This document shows positions 22,312 through 34,936 of a stretch of 64,000 nt of DNA, piece by piece (the first letter of the stretch is position 1; every line of letters begins with the position of its first letter). Both the position numbers and the translations under genes were made by a program. A model generated the notes under the pieces. The model did no database searches. It worked only from the letters and a program-made list of their open reading frames with translations, and was not told the origin of the DNA. The stretch spans positions 3,348,001-3,412,000 of the forward strand of contig CM035355.1 in the NCBI GenBank assembly GCA_020137815.1, in the 5' to 3' direction. The stretch comes from Hormiphora californensis (taxonomy: Eukaryota > Animalia > Ctenophora).

Positions 22312-24333
22312 TCAAATTCCGTTGCACCTTTCCATCTCGATTCTCCCTTCTAATACACCCTCTACAAACCCTCTAAGAACCTGTTCCGTTATTCCATCAC
22401 CGGTAACCCTCAAAAACGCTGCTCTCCTATGATCGTCCAATTTAAAGATAAACACCCGGGGGAAACTATAAACCCACTCCTCTCCGCCTACAGGACTCAT
22501 ACCACTAATCCACATGGGGTAGAGGTCAACATCGACAAAAGTTGTAGCAAGTGCAGGGTAGAAAGCCGTAGCGATAGTGTGGAGCGACCTTACAAAGGGA
22601 TGATCACTTTGTGACGTCATTATGACGTCATGTGGTACCATGGCAACCAAAATGGGCAAGTTGCCAAAGAGGGAGCCGTAACTGACTGGAGAGTGAAACA
22701 GGAGAGGCGTCAGTTCTGTTATTATTGTCCGGCTGTGATCGGCAATGAAATCTCGAATCATTTCCACACATTTTGTGGGTGTCACGTGACATTTTGTGGG
22801 TTCAAACACGTGCTCATCACCTCCATGTAACACATGCAAATCCGGGGAATCGGTGAAAGTAGTTTGAAGGCCAACACCATCTCGATAAATCGTACCATTC
22901 ACACCATCCCTCCTGATCAGCTCAATACTGTCCACAAAACCACCATCCCCAGTAATAAAACACTCTACGTAGGGAAGCTGTTTACACACAGACACCAAAC
23001 ACTCTGTACCAATCCTGTCTGTAGTAGTGCGATCTGGAACAGTCCTAACGATTACATGGACATTACAGGTAGAATGGAATGAGTGTGGATCTCCGTAATG
23101 AATGCCCTGACTACTAACCACTTTAAACCACTCCTCCAGACCTTGGTATTGATACACCCCATGATATGCCGTGGGTGTAACTCTAGATTCTGGTGCAGGA
23201 CACCCCTCTACTGAAGGATTGAAGGTGTATGCAAGGAGAGATGGGTAGCCATCAACTTGTTGAGATCTACAGAAACCCTCGTGGTTCTCGCAATCAATAA
23301 AGTAGAGCCTGGTTCTTTGGCGTCTTGCCAAGTTCTTGAGTTGTGAGAGAGGTTCCAGGGCTAGGGTACAGCTTGTACAATCTTCTATCATGTACACGAT
23401 GAAAACCTGAGGCAGGGGAAAAGGGTTAAAACATATTAGAGTCAATATTCATATTTGGAGAATTAAAGAAAACAATGCCTATTTTGAATTTACTTGCTCA
23501 CTCACCAGATCGGGTTCATCACCCTTCAATTCTCCTCCTTCTAACACCTTCATGACACTTTCAGGGGTATGTGGTATCCCCGTATCGGCTAAATACTCCG
23601 GGTGAACCTTCCTTTCAATGCTTGGTAAAACTTTTCCATTCCAGTAATCACCGGTATATAGAAGCACCTCTTCAGGTCTGGAGTTACTACACTCATACAT
23701 TGTACATTGGGGCACGGTGGGGTTTTGGTAGGAAGGTTCCGTCTCTAAGAGGATTCCCAATCGTTCAGCAACCCCAGCCAGTGTTGGGAATGGATCCGTT
23801 ATGAAGATAGGCTCTGAATTTGTCGAGAGTTTGATTTCAACCCATGGAACTTTGTGGTGGCTGTTCACAAGAAGCATTGGATCACTGGTTACATCCAGAA
23901 ACGCACAAACAAGCCCCTTTTTGTGCTCTTTGAGCGCTGTGCAGAGGTTGGCCACACTTTTGACATATGAAAAGGGGAGAAACTTTGTTCCGATCAGTTT
24001 CAGGTATTCTTTGTTGGATGCTTTGATTCTCGAGTTAAACCTTGCAGTAAGAAGTGTCCTCAGATTCTCAACAGTGACCAGTGATTGTTGAACTGGCCCA
24101 ACCAGTGTAAATTTGGCTCCCTTCTTTGACAAGGTACATTGGGGCAAGGGCTGAACAACTGTTTCCGTTTCGGCAACACTAATGAAGTTCCCATAAACAG
24201 CCTTTAACTGATGCTCCTGCGAGTGTGTTGCAAGGCATGTGACACTTATATCACCGAGTTTGTATGACAGTTCGTTGATGTGTGACGTTGCAAGGCTCAG
24301 GATTCCAGCTACGACAACGGTGAAAAGTCCCAT
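22312..24333 (-). CDS. Secreted/ER thioredoxin-fold (PDI-like) protein, 2 exons
   Basis: Signal peptide MGLFTVVVAGILSLATS. Intron ~23408-23505 (GTGAGT...CCTCAG, phase 0). Trx domain VFIVYMIEDCTSC...LYFIDCENHEGFCRSQQVDGYPSLLAY. Second Trx-like fold ...TTFVDVDLYP...SFPRVFIF. Confidence 0.75.
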
Positions 24334-24396
24334 CTCACCATGAATTTATTGAGCTGTTTGAAATGAATTTTACAATGATGTTAGAATAGAATCATG

Positions 24397-24960
24397 CAGG
24401 GACGGCGCTCGTGGGTGTCCGGGTGTCCGCGGACACCCAGACCAAAAAGGCGGAGAGAGAAAAACTGCGAAATTTTGGATTTGCGCGCAGCCGGGTGTCC
24501 GGAGCTCTGCCGGACACCCAGGTGCACTGCGCGCACCTGTAACGCACGGCAGAGCATAAAGAGGGTTCTTCCGCGCGCCACAGTGCATTTTGACGTGACC
24601 AGGGTGTCCGGTTCACCCAGAAAGTTGTGTGCGCGCGGATGAGTTTTTTTTTCTTGTGATCAGAAAACTTTCATCTTTTTTTCCATTTTTCACAAAAGGA
24701 GTTCAGAAATGCTTAAAATCGTTTAAAAACGCCTCAAAATGTCCGAAATTTTCGGGGGGCTTCGCCCCCTCAACCCCCACCGGGGCTTGCAGCCCCTGGA
24801 CCCTGCCTGCGGGGGCTCCGCCCCCTACACCCCTGCCGGGGCTGCGCCCCTGGACCCTGCTTGTGGGGGGTTTCACCCCCCACGCCCCATGACCGAGGCT
24901 GCCGCCCCTGGCCCCGGACACCCAGGGAATTGCTGGGCCGAAGGCCCAGCGCCGTCCCTG
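24397..24960. mobile_element. hAT-type MITE (564 bp, GC-rich)
   Basis: TIR CAGGGACGGCGCT / AGCGCCGTCCCTG, exact 8-bp TSD GAATCATG, subterminal GGGTGTCCG/CGGACACCC repeats and GGGGCT(N)CGCCCC hairpins. Confidence 0.93.
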
Positions 24961-25574
24961 GAATCATGACCCAAAGATTACAGCATTCAAGCCTTAAGAT
25001 AGGGGATTGAGGACAAAGCTCTAAAGGCCAAAGAAAAAACCGAACGCTTTTTTAAAAAAGAAGGAAAAATTTTGCGAATTTTTCGTCGCGTTGCGTTTTC
25101 GAAATTGAAGTTGCTGCGCGGCGCTATGACGCGCAAAAGAATAACGCGCAGTAAAACATTTTAAACGAGGGCTACGGAGCAAATTTGAAAATTTCCCAAT
25201 ATGTTTTGCTAATTGCTAGCTTTAGGAAATATATATCGAACATTTGCTATATTCTACCTCGATGCGATTCACTGTTCAAAAACCGGAAGAACGTGTCCGT
25301 TGCTCTGATGAGATGTTTGTTGCATTGTTATGTTGCATGCAGTCGGCGGTATACCTCGAATCTCGATGTTTTACTGGGCAATTTTGGATTACACACGACG
25401 TTCCAAAATTTTCTAATGTATACTTATAGACGGGCTTTAGAGTTCAGACGGAGTCAAACGTGCTTGAGACGTGCGTTTGATTTTAGAAGATTTTAGAAGA
25501 TTTTCTAAACTTTCTTATAGTAAGTCTAGCCTCGTAAAAAGGCAGTAGATTTCGTCTCTGATGGTTTATCAATT

Positions 25575-26100
25575 ATAACCCCCCCCCCCAGCTGGGACGT
25601 CTCTCGGAGATCTCCCGGGGACATCTACCGAGTCGGGAGACAATTGACATGTTCCCAGTCTGCTTGCTCTCATACCGGGACGAAGGCCCAGTGTGAGCTT
25701 ACGCGAGCCCGAAGGTAAGCCGAATGGACAGACTGCGTAGCATGGCAACCACAATGTCTCCGGAGGTGCAAGGGAGGTCAATCTAAAATTACCATTTGAC
25801 TGACTGACTGACTGACTGACTGACTGACTGACTGACTGACTGACTGACTGACTGACTGACTGACTGACTGACTGACTGACTGACTGACTGACTGACTGAC
25901 TGACTGACTGACTGACTGACTGACTGACTGACTGACTGACTGACTGACTGACTGACTGACTGACTGACTGACTGACTGACTGACTGACTGACTGACTGAC
26001 TGACTGACTGACTGACTGACTGACTGACTGACTGACTGACTGACTGACTGACTGACTGACTGACTGACTGACTGGGTCAGGCCAATCATGCTCTGACAAG
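25575..26100. repeat. (TGAC)n microsatellite (~280 bp, 25797-26074) within a probable Helentron/DINE-1-like repeat
   Basis: The pure tetranucleotide array is certain. It is flanked by a short hairpin (GTCAG...CTGAC) and a GC-rich core. The element class is inferred only. Confidence 0.6.
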
Positions 26101-26979
26101 TGCAGAGAATTATTTCTTTTTCACTATTCAGTGGATTCCCATTTAACTTTCTGGTTTTGTGGTGCATGGAAAGAAGCGTCATGACGTGTCAAGAAGAACA
26201 AGGCATTGCATTGCTAAACTTTATGAAGCCTGCTGCTAAATCTAAATACCCTGAACTCCGAACTGAACGGTTCAATTATCTATTCGTAATCTGCTTACCA
26301 AAGTGTTTGTACTATCTAGCCCATTATAGTCATGTCGTGTATTTCATACCCTGAAGCCCGATTTAAAGGTTTATCCAGCCCCCATTGTGCCATTCACTTT
26401 GAGAGTCATTTATAAAATGTAAATCTACCCGGCTCTCACCGAGAAATATTTGGGCCAATGCAATATCCAATATATATATATATATATGTTGATAGCCATG
26501 CTGTTGAAGCAAAATCTACTTCATGCCAAGTGCTTTCTTGGTACCATTGCCACCTATTCTCGCTTGATCGATCTCAGTCAGGCGCGAGATCTCGCACTGC
26601 ACAGGTGTCCATGCCACCAAAGAGCATCCTTGCATCGTGATTCTCCTGGCCTGATGCAAGCTAGAGCTCGACATCAATTGCAAATCGGAAAAATATTAAC
26701 ATTGCATTGCTGAACTGCCATGATTGTCAAGGCAAGCGCCCAGAGCCCATTGAACTATACCGTCCGATACAGTACGTTGTGTATTACTAGTCTTCAACAC
26801 AAAAGGTACAACTCACGGATTTACAGAATCATCAAATTTGATATCCTTAATGTTTGACAGTTACAGCGGACATGAAGACACATACCCGGCCCTTCTAACT
26901 GCTATGATATCTCTGTACCGTAAACTACATCAGGATCAGGGAATCAGTGCCAGAAATTCTCCAGTACGGGGGGTTTATA

Positions 26980-29085
26980 TTAGGCTGTCCAGTATTGATT
27001 GTCGTTGGGCTTTTATCGAAAAATGGTTTGATATAAGGCAAAATGGACTTCACCACCGTTTTTCTCATGCGATTTTAGATCGGAATATGATGCCTGATAT
27101 TTGTATATGGTTGTTCTCGGTTCCCACCAGGCTATTTTCTCTACGTCACTCTTTTTACTGCTGCACGGGGTTACCAATGTTTTTTAAACGCTGCTGGAAG
27201 AAAATTGGTACGGTTTCTTCGGCTCCCGCAGTGCTCAATCGATAGACAATCGTCTAAGAATGAAATATGTATGCGATTTGGGTCTCTAAGTGTTAACTTA
27301 TAACCTCTAGAACAGTAAATGTATCATGAAAAAGCGAAAAAGTGCATACAAAAACTGGCCCGTTTTCGAAAACGTCAATTAGTCACTTTAAAAGTCAACC
27401 AATCACATAATTGGCTTCACTAGGTCTTAGAACTTACTTAGAACTATCTTTCACTGCAGAGTTTTTTTATTATAAGTCAATCCTGATGAGACCCGGAAGT
27501 GAAAGTTTCTAATTTTTACCAAAACTTTTTGGAGGCCCATTGCTCAGTGACAAAATAAAGATAGGATATTTTATTACATCTTAAACGATAGATAATTGTC
27601 CAATGAACAAGCTTGATGCAACAAAACATCACTCAGGTACCATTTTTATGAAGTACAGGGTGTCCCACTGTCTTTGCATCACCTGTAATTTTGGGTGATG
27701 AGTGGCTTCCGTTCAAATGCTCATAACTCATCGAAAAATAGGTCAAAACGGCTCAACCAAAAACAGTGTCGTAGAGAATTGTCAGGCGAACATTTGGGTA
27801 CAAGATTGATGTTCCAAGTCTTACCAACCGTCGGATATATCGTCTTAAAGTCAAAAATACGTGTTTATGAAATCCGACCGGGGTTCACGTTTTGAAAAAT
27901 TCACAAATGTAAAGTTGCTCGGATCACATTGCATCCCTCATAAGAGTTGTAGGAAATTGTCTGGCGGTCATTTTGGTACCCGGGTTTTTATCCTAGCTCA
28001 ATGTTTAGAGTGTCTTATGACTGTCAGAACTGGAATTTTCCCAAAAGTGGTCTCAGGTATCACATTGCATTTTGCCCTGTTATGAAGCTCATAGCTGCTT
28101 GAATAACATCTTAGTGCATGATAGGGTTGAGATAGACCACTTGCGTATCCTACACATTAACAGGGGCCTTGCCAAATCGTCATAACAACCCTGTCAAGTG
28201 TCTAGATGAAATTGAGACGATATGTGCTGATTATCATGGGATTACACACGGCACCGAGCCACCTAATTAGGCGTTGTGAGCCGATACCAACTAAGACTCA
28301 GCGTAGAAAAATCTTTATGTTCCTACAGTCATAACGCAACTAAAACGTAGAGCTATGGAAAAAATCATGGTATCAAAATGAACCTTAGACGATTCCAATG
28401 AAGCTCTTATAAATTTCAAACCATTTTACCCATTTGTTGATGACACGTGATCCCCTCAAAAATGTTGGTTGAATTTCGTCTTTAGACAGTCATAAGACAC
28501 TCTAAACATTGAGCTAGGACAAAAACCCGGGTACCAAAATGACCGCCAGACAATTTCCTACAACTCTTATGAGGGATGCAATGTGATCCGAGTAACTTTG
28601 CATTTGTGAATTTTTCAAAACGTGAACCCCGGTCGGATTTCATGAACACATATTTTTGACTTTAAGACGATATATCTGACGGTTGGTAAGACTTGGAACA
28701 TCAATCTTGTACCCAAATGTTCGCCTGACAATTCTCTACAACACTGTTTTTGGTTGAGCCGTTTTGACCTATTTTTTGATGAGTTATGAGCATTTGAATG
28801 GAAGCCACTCATCACCCAAAATCACAGGTGATGCAAAGACAGTGGGACACCCTGTACATCAGTTTTGGTGCAAAAATTCGAAAATCGCGATTTTTCATAT
28901 GCAGCGGCAACAAGAGTGGGGTAGAGAAAATAGCCTGCTGAGAACCAAGAACAGCCACATACCGATACCGGGCATCTTGTTCCCATCCAAAATCGCATGA
29001 GAAAAACGGCGGTGAAGTCCATTTTGCTCTATCTCAAACCATTGTCTCATAAAAGCCCAACGACAATCAATACTGGACAGCCTAA
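26980..29085. mobile_element. Mariner-type non-autonomous element (outer)
   Basis: TA|TTAGGCTGTCCAGTATTGATTGTCGTTGGGCTTTTA ... TAAAAGCCCAACGACAATCAATACTGGACAGCCTAA|TA. No transposase ORF. Confidence 0.8.
27656..28854. mobile_element. Tc1/mariner-type MITE with ~370-bp TIRs, nested in the previous element
   Basis: TA|CAGGGTGTCCCACTGTCTTTGCATCACCTG ... CAGGTGATGCAAAGACAGTGGGACACCCTG|TA. Arms ~27656-28025 and ~28487-28854; ORFs 27695+ and 28615- are mirror translations of them. Confidence 0.92.
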
Positions 29086-29364
29086 TAGTTAAACCCCACG
29101 TACTGAGATTTATAGAGCCTTAAAATGATGCTTGTTATCATTTTGGTAGGATACTCCTAAATAACGGTCGCAGTTAGGAATTTTGCCACCCACGTAGAGG
29201 CTTTTATAAAAAAAGCAAATAATCTAACCAAAATTATAACAAGCAACACTTTTTCTTATATACCACCCCACGTAGTTGCAAGACAGTTTGCCCTCTCTAT
29301 TGAAAAGTGTGGGAGCCGCTCACGAGATTCAAATTATACTGGAAAGGGCGAGAGAAAGCATATA

Positions 29365-29541
29365 CAGTCGGACCCCGATTTAGGGGCCCCCGATTTAGTG
29401 GCACCCCGATTTAGGGACAGGATTCCCCCCCCCCCCCCCGATATAGGAAAGTAACCTTATTTGACCCCGATTTAGTGGACACCCCGATTTAGTGGACAAC
29501 AGCCTTTCCCCCGAGGGTGTCCCTAAATCGGGGTCCGACTT
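29365..29541. mobile_element. pogo/Tigger-type MITE, CAGTCGGACCCCGATTTA family (short copy)
   Basis: TA|CAGTCGGACCCCGATTTAG ... CTAAATCGGGGTCCGACT, with internal CCCCGATTTAG subrepeats. Confidence 0.88.
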
Positions 29542-29871
29542 TAATTGAAAAAGAGGGAAAGGAGGACTCCGTAGTACTGCAGAATTTAATTTATAGGTAC
29601 GTACTATTTAGTGCGGCAGAATTGTGACGCGGTATCATTACATTGTTTTTTATCGAAGCTAGGGATTTTATCGATAGAATACCTAGCTTCGATAAATAGC
29701 CATCACCCTCTTTATGATTCCCCTATGTTCCCTTCCGGTAAAACATGACAACATCCCAAGGATGAAGCTTGGTCTGTCAGAGCATCGGCCTGTCAGAGCT
29801 TGGTCCGGGTTTGACCAATTCCAAGCTAAGCTAACTTGCAAGGTCTTTAAATATGTTGAAATGCAATACAG

Positions 29872-31075
29872 CTAAACAAGAGCGGATTTACAGGGTCGGG
29901 TAAAGGACGTATCAGCGAAACTAAAAGGGTTCAACTTGGTAGCGACTGTTCTGGGTTGGATTGTCCCCCCTGGTCCTCCTGTGTTCTGGATCCCGTTAAC
30001 ATCTCGACTTATCGCTGAAACTATTCTCCGCCGGGCAAAGTTCTTAAAATCCCTGTTTACTAAAGTGTACAAAATGGGATTCCCCACACTGTTGGTGAAG
30101 AACAGATACGTTGCTAGGCGACCATATAGATCAGGTAGACTAGTCCCCCCAAGCATGTGGGCTATATTAGGTACCCAGCTAATCAATATAACTGATGAAA
30201 GTGCACCTAGTGTCAGGAATGTCCGTTTCATCCCCCGGTCCTTTCGTTTTCGGACAGTGTTATTTGGTGTCGTGTGGGCCCGGACACTCACCTTTCTAAT
30301 CTGGATTCTCCGGGCTATCTGGGTTCTTGACACGTGACACAACACGAGGTGTGACGTCATGACAATGGCAGTGGGTGCAATTAGCAGGACTGACACGTAC
30401 AGGTACTTCTCGACCACGTGTAGGACGGAAAAGTTGAACTCACAGAACCCTGTCTCAACAGAGAACATGGAGGGTGCGGATCCAACTAGGAGTCTGAGTG
30501 AGAGGACAAAGCTGTAGAGCCATATCATGAGGGATATGGCAGTGAACCGTGATGCGGGATTATTATAGTCTCTCAGGGGTCTAATCCCCTGGATCATCCG
30601 GTGTATGGAGATGGTAGTAACGAAGTTAACAGAGGAAAGGAGGAGGAAGAGTCGGAGGGCAGCCCCCGCTCGACAGAGGGCAGGTCCAAAACACCAGTAT
30701 TTGCTGAGGTTGGTGACCAGGATGGGACTAATGATAAGGAGAGAGTAAAGTCCGTCTGCTGCGGAGAGGTTTCGAGCAAAGATTAGTCCCCATTTATCTA
30801 ATCTGTAGGAATAATGAAGGTAGAAATTAATTAGAAACTGATATAAGAACTCATGAATTTCAGATATCAGGAGATTGAACTCGTTGAACGATATTAGGGA
30901 TGTGGATATATAGGACTCACCTAAAACTCCTATATCTGAAGGTGAGACTGACAACAAAAGCGTTGGCCAGGACCCCGCTACACATCATGATGAGAGTGTA
31001 GAACACCAGAAGAAGTCGGGTGTAGTCACTCGTTACCCTGTCATAGTCAGGAGTAGACGAGACTCGACCCTCCAT
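29872..31075 (-). CDS. Class A (rhodopsin-like) GPCR, non-opsin, 2 exons
   Basis: ATG 31075 gives MEGRVSS...LLLVFYTLIMMCSGVLANAFVV (TM1). Intron ~30804-30921 (GTGAGT...CTACAG). Then NLSAAD (TM2), WCFGPALC, ISIHRM (DRY position), WVP (TM6) and NSVGNPILY (TM7). The N-terminus of the ORF-track protein is largely intron read-through. Confidence 0.9.
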
Positions 31076-31419
31076 AACACCCTACTACTATCAGCTGTAG
31101 TACTAGCTAGTTTCATAGGGGGAGAGAAGGTGAGGAGGGGCCGAAAAGAAGGGATGAGTCACATGGAACAAAGTTGGTCTAAAAGATTTAAGCTAGAAAG
31201 ATTAAAGACTAAAAGCAGTTTTATTTTCGCTCACGGAGGTTTTTTGCACCAGCAAAATCAAAATTCATTTAGCATGCTACAGCATTGATGCCGGTCCTTT
31301 TATATCATGAGACGACAACCGGATAAAGCATATAAATTGTAATATTTTGTACTGATGGAGCTACATTTTAAATCAACTAATATCTTTATCTAGTAGAAAT
31401 TGCATTTTTTATGACATTT

Positions 31420-31577
<158 letters not shown>

Positions 31578-31856
31578 GGGGGATGGTTAAGTGTTCTTGG
31601 ATAGGAATACGAGAATCATATATGGAAGGAAAGAAGGTTATAACTTGCTTGTAACTGGTTATAAGCACTACAGCAAAAAACATCGCGTTGGTTTTAAAAG
31701 GAATAAGAGATGTCCCAGTCCCGACAGCTGTATCAAATCGTTCTAAAATACAGTTAAAGAGAATTCTTAAATATCATGCAACTAGCTTCTATTGGCCGGA
31801 GCCACAATTCAAATAGATAATATATGATTAGATGACTGGTTAAAATGGTCTATTAC

Positions 31857-32415
31857 TTTTTAGTGCACGAGGCCGAAGGCCGAGTGCTCTAAATACAACA
31901 ATAATGAACCGAGACCGACAGGTCGAGGTAGATCCTTTTACTTAGCTGCCGAGCCTGCGAGGCACGCTAAGTGTAACTACTGAGCGAGCCTGCGAGCTCT
32001 GTAGTTGTACTTTTGGGCCGAGCCTGCGAGGCCTAAAAGTGAAAGAATCTTAACACGGGGGATTACGGGGGCTCGAATAGATCGCCCGTATAGATCGCCC
32101 GTACCAGTCGCCCGTACATTTGCTTTGCGCATTACGTTTCATCGCACTTTCACCACAAAAAGGTACATGCGCGTTACGCGTATGTGTTTTGTTGTGGTGA
32201 AAGTGTGGTGAAACGTAATGCGCAAAGCAAATGTACGGGCGACTGGTACGGGCGATTGGTACGGGCGTCTCATCCGGGCCCCCGTAATCCGCTGCCTTAA
32301 CATTATTGTTGTGTAATAGAGCATGTAAAAGCAGTCATCTAATTTTATTAGATGATTTTGAAAACAAACTGAGTGAAAGAGATAAAGATTGAGTGAGAGA
32401 GAGAGAGAAAGAGAA

Positions 32416-32481
<66 letters not shown>

Positions 32482-32642
32482 GCGTGTGCAGTAGTCACTA
32501 CTGCACACTGTGCACACGCCCTAACCCTTATCTTTTCTTCCCCTCTGCAACTATAGGTCACGTGATCGTCACGTGATGGCACCACACCAATGAGCGTCCT
32601 GCATCTGCTTTCCCTCTCTGCCTTCGATTCTCTCTTTTCCTA

Positions 32643-32675
<33 letters not shown>

Positions 32676-32680
32676 TTCTC

Positions 32681-32765
<85 letters not shown>

Positions 32766-32885
32766 ACTTCATTTCATCTTTATCCCGTTTACTCAGTTTG
32801 TAATGTTTGTAATGTTCACACTGTGTGCGTGTGGACTAGAAAGTGTTTAATTTTTCACATACCACTGCAGCGGTATTTTACTTTA
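31857..32885 (+). mobile_element. Helentron/HINE-like non-autonomous element carrying (GA)n and (CT)n tracts
   Basis: 5' TTTTTAGTGCAC plus a GGCCGAAGGCC hairpin. Imperfect 3' subTIR GTGGACTAGAAA (~32830), then the hairpin ATACC..GGTAT and a T-rich end. Confidence 0.5.
32053..32296. mobile_element. Palindromic MITE flanked by TTAA (piggyBac/Kolobok-type), nested
   Basis: GGATTACGGGGGC...GCCCCCGTAATCC arms, with near-complete internal fold-back. TTAA on both sides. Confidence 0.7.
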
Positions 32886-33227
32886 TAATTACTAGTGTTT
32901 TTGCAGTGGTCTAAAATTTCACAGTACACTTTAACCACCGGAAACGGCGTACTGTGAAAACTTAGATAACCGGTTAAAATTGTCTAATAAAATTTTTGCG
33001 GGCCATAATTTTTCAACAGTGATTTATGAGACCGAAAAGTGAAACTTTGATAACTAAAATCTGACAGTGACACAGACAAAGATATAGATGTACCCATGTA
33101 GGTGGGTTTCACGCTGGGCGACCATGAAGTAATGTTGAAATGCGACAGGTAAAAGTAAAAATGAATCAAGTTTTAATGAAGTTTTAATTAAAATTAATGA
33201 TGGTATTCATTGATCTCAATTAAAACC

Positions 33228-33296
33228 CTGCACCGCCATGGAGTCCATAGTTTCATTTAATTTAAAATGAATCTATGGACTCCATGACGGTGCAGT
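33228..33296. repeat. ~70-bp hairpin (micro-MITE)
   Basis: CTGCACCGCCATGGAGTCCATAG...CTATGGACTCCATGACGGTGCAG. Confidence 0.75.
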
Positions 33297-34067
33297 GTTC
33301 TGATGCCAATATTTTCTCCCAATCCAATCGGCCGGGTTAATGATGAGACTGCCGACGGGTTATCTTGCTGGACCCATCCGGGCCATCATGCACATGGTCA
33401 CTATAATACGTTACTATAATACGCGTTGTGGGAACATTATGGGTGAGCCAGCTGTCTCACTGAGCCGCTGCAGGGAGAGAGTTTGAACAATTGCCGATAA
33501 CGTACCCACTGATTATTCCAGTATATTATATTCTGCCCCATCAATGTCATCATTGCGATTATTATAACGGTGTCATTCTCTCTAGGACCAGCTGAGCTGG
33601 GATAATGGGATCGCGATAAAACCGACAAATTCACCGGTTGACGTAAATCGGTTTAATATGCGTTGAATCTCATAATAATGTGACGCGATGTATATGCAGT
33701 TTGGAAACCTCGTACCAACCCCCAGAAAAAGTACCAGACGACTTCTGTTGCAAATAAAAAAAGGGGGTTATCCAATGGGTGCCGCCAGAGTTTATTTTTT
33801 GGACACCTGCGACGATAGGATCACGTCGAGTTCTTCGGAATGACTTCTGATTTATTTGAATAGTTTCTCACTCTGTTTTATTAAAAACAAAAGCCATAAG
33901 TTATTGAATCTTGCAAATTAAGCACACGTCGTTTAATTAATATTAGTAATACACGAGAGGTGAACCTCTGAAAGTTAAAAAGAGACCACCCAATTACGAT
34001 TTATTAAGCGAACAGCTATGTTTACCCATACTTCATGTCGTCCCTTTAGTTTCCCCATTTGTATTTA

Positions 34068-34302
<235 letters not shown>

Positions 34303-34936
34303 CCACACATTATCACTCTGTCTGTGTCTGCTTTCTCTATCCTGTCTGCTCGTGTGCTGCAGTGGGCTAAAATTAAGATTCGCTAAGTTAGGGCGAGCTA
34401 ATATATTAATTACTTCTAACCTCACATGTACACTTGCAGTGTGGCTTTTCCCTCGTTTTTCCCGTGGCAGGTGAATAGACGTGCAAGCAGTTTATTGAGC
34501 TTTATTTTAAAATTAAACCCACTCCACTGTAGCGAAGTGTCAATGCTGCACTTTTCACAATTTGTCATTTTAAGCTTTACATCTGATCTGGTCAATGTGA
34601 AATAATCCCATCTGTAAAATGTGTAAAAAGTAAAATATACATGTGTACTATTCGTCTGTTGTCTGGTATTCTTTAGTTAGTCTGGGAGCTCATGTGTACA
34701 AGTTTTAGTAATTGTTTGAAACTAGCACCTGTTTTTTTCCATACTGATATTATACTGTAAACTTTCACCGCAACCGTGGTATCTCCGCCATTCGGATATT
34801 TTTGTCTTTCACTTTATTATCTTGTCTTGCTCGACCCTGGACCTCTCTTACAAATATTGTAAAGGAGGGTCAGAACATAACAAGTATTATCTAGGTGTTA
34901 TCTGTTTTTGCATCTGAATTAGTGTTAATGTAAAAT

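Noticed and set aside
24750-24925. GGGGCT(N)CGCCCC hairpins resembling bacterial REP sequences (HGT or contamination)
   Set aside because: They lie inside a TIR/TSD-bounded hAT MITE in an intron-rich animal locus.
25569-26182. SQSV-repeat ORFs, and the (SL)n/(ER)n ORFs at 31-38 kb, 47.5 kb and 61 kb
   Set aside because: Translations of microsatellites.
29872-31075. Opsin
   Set aside because: The position equivalent to rhodopsin K296 (six residues before the N of NPxxY) is Phe.
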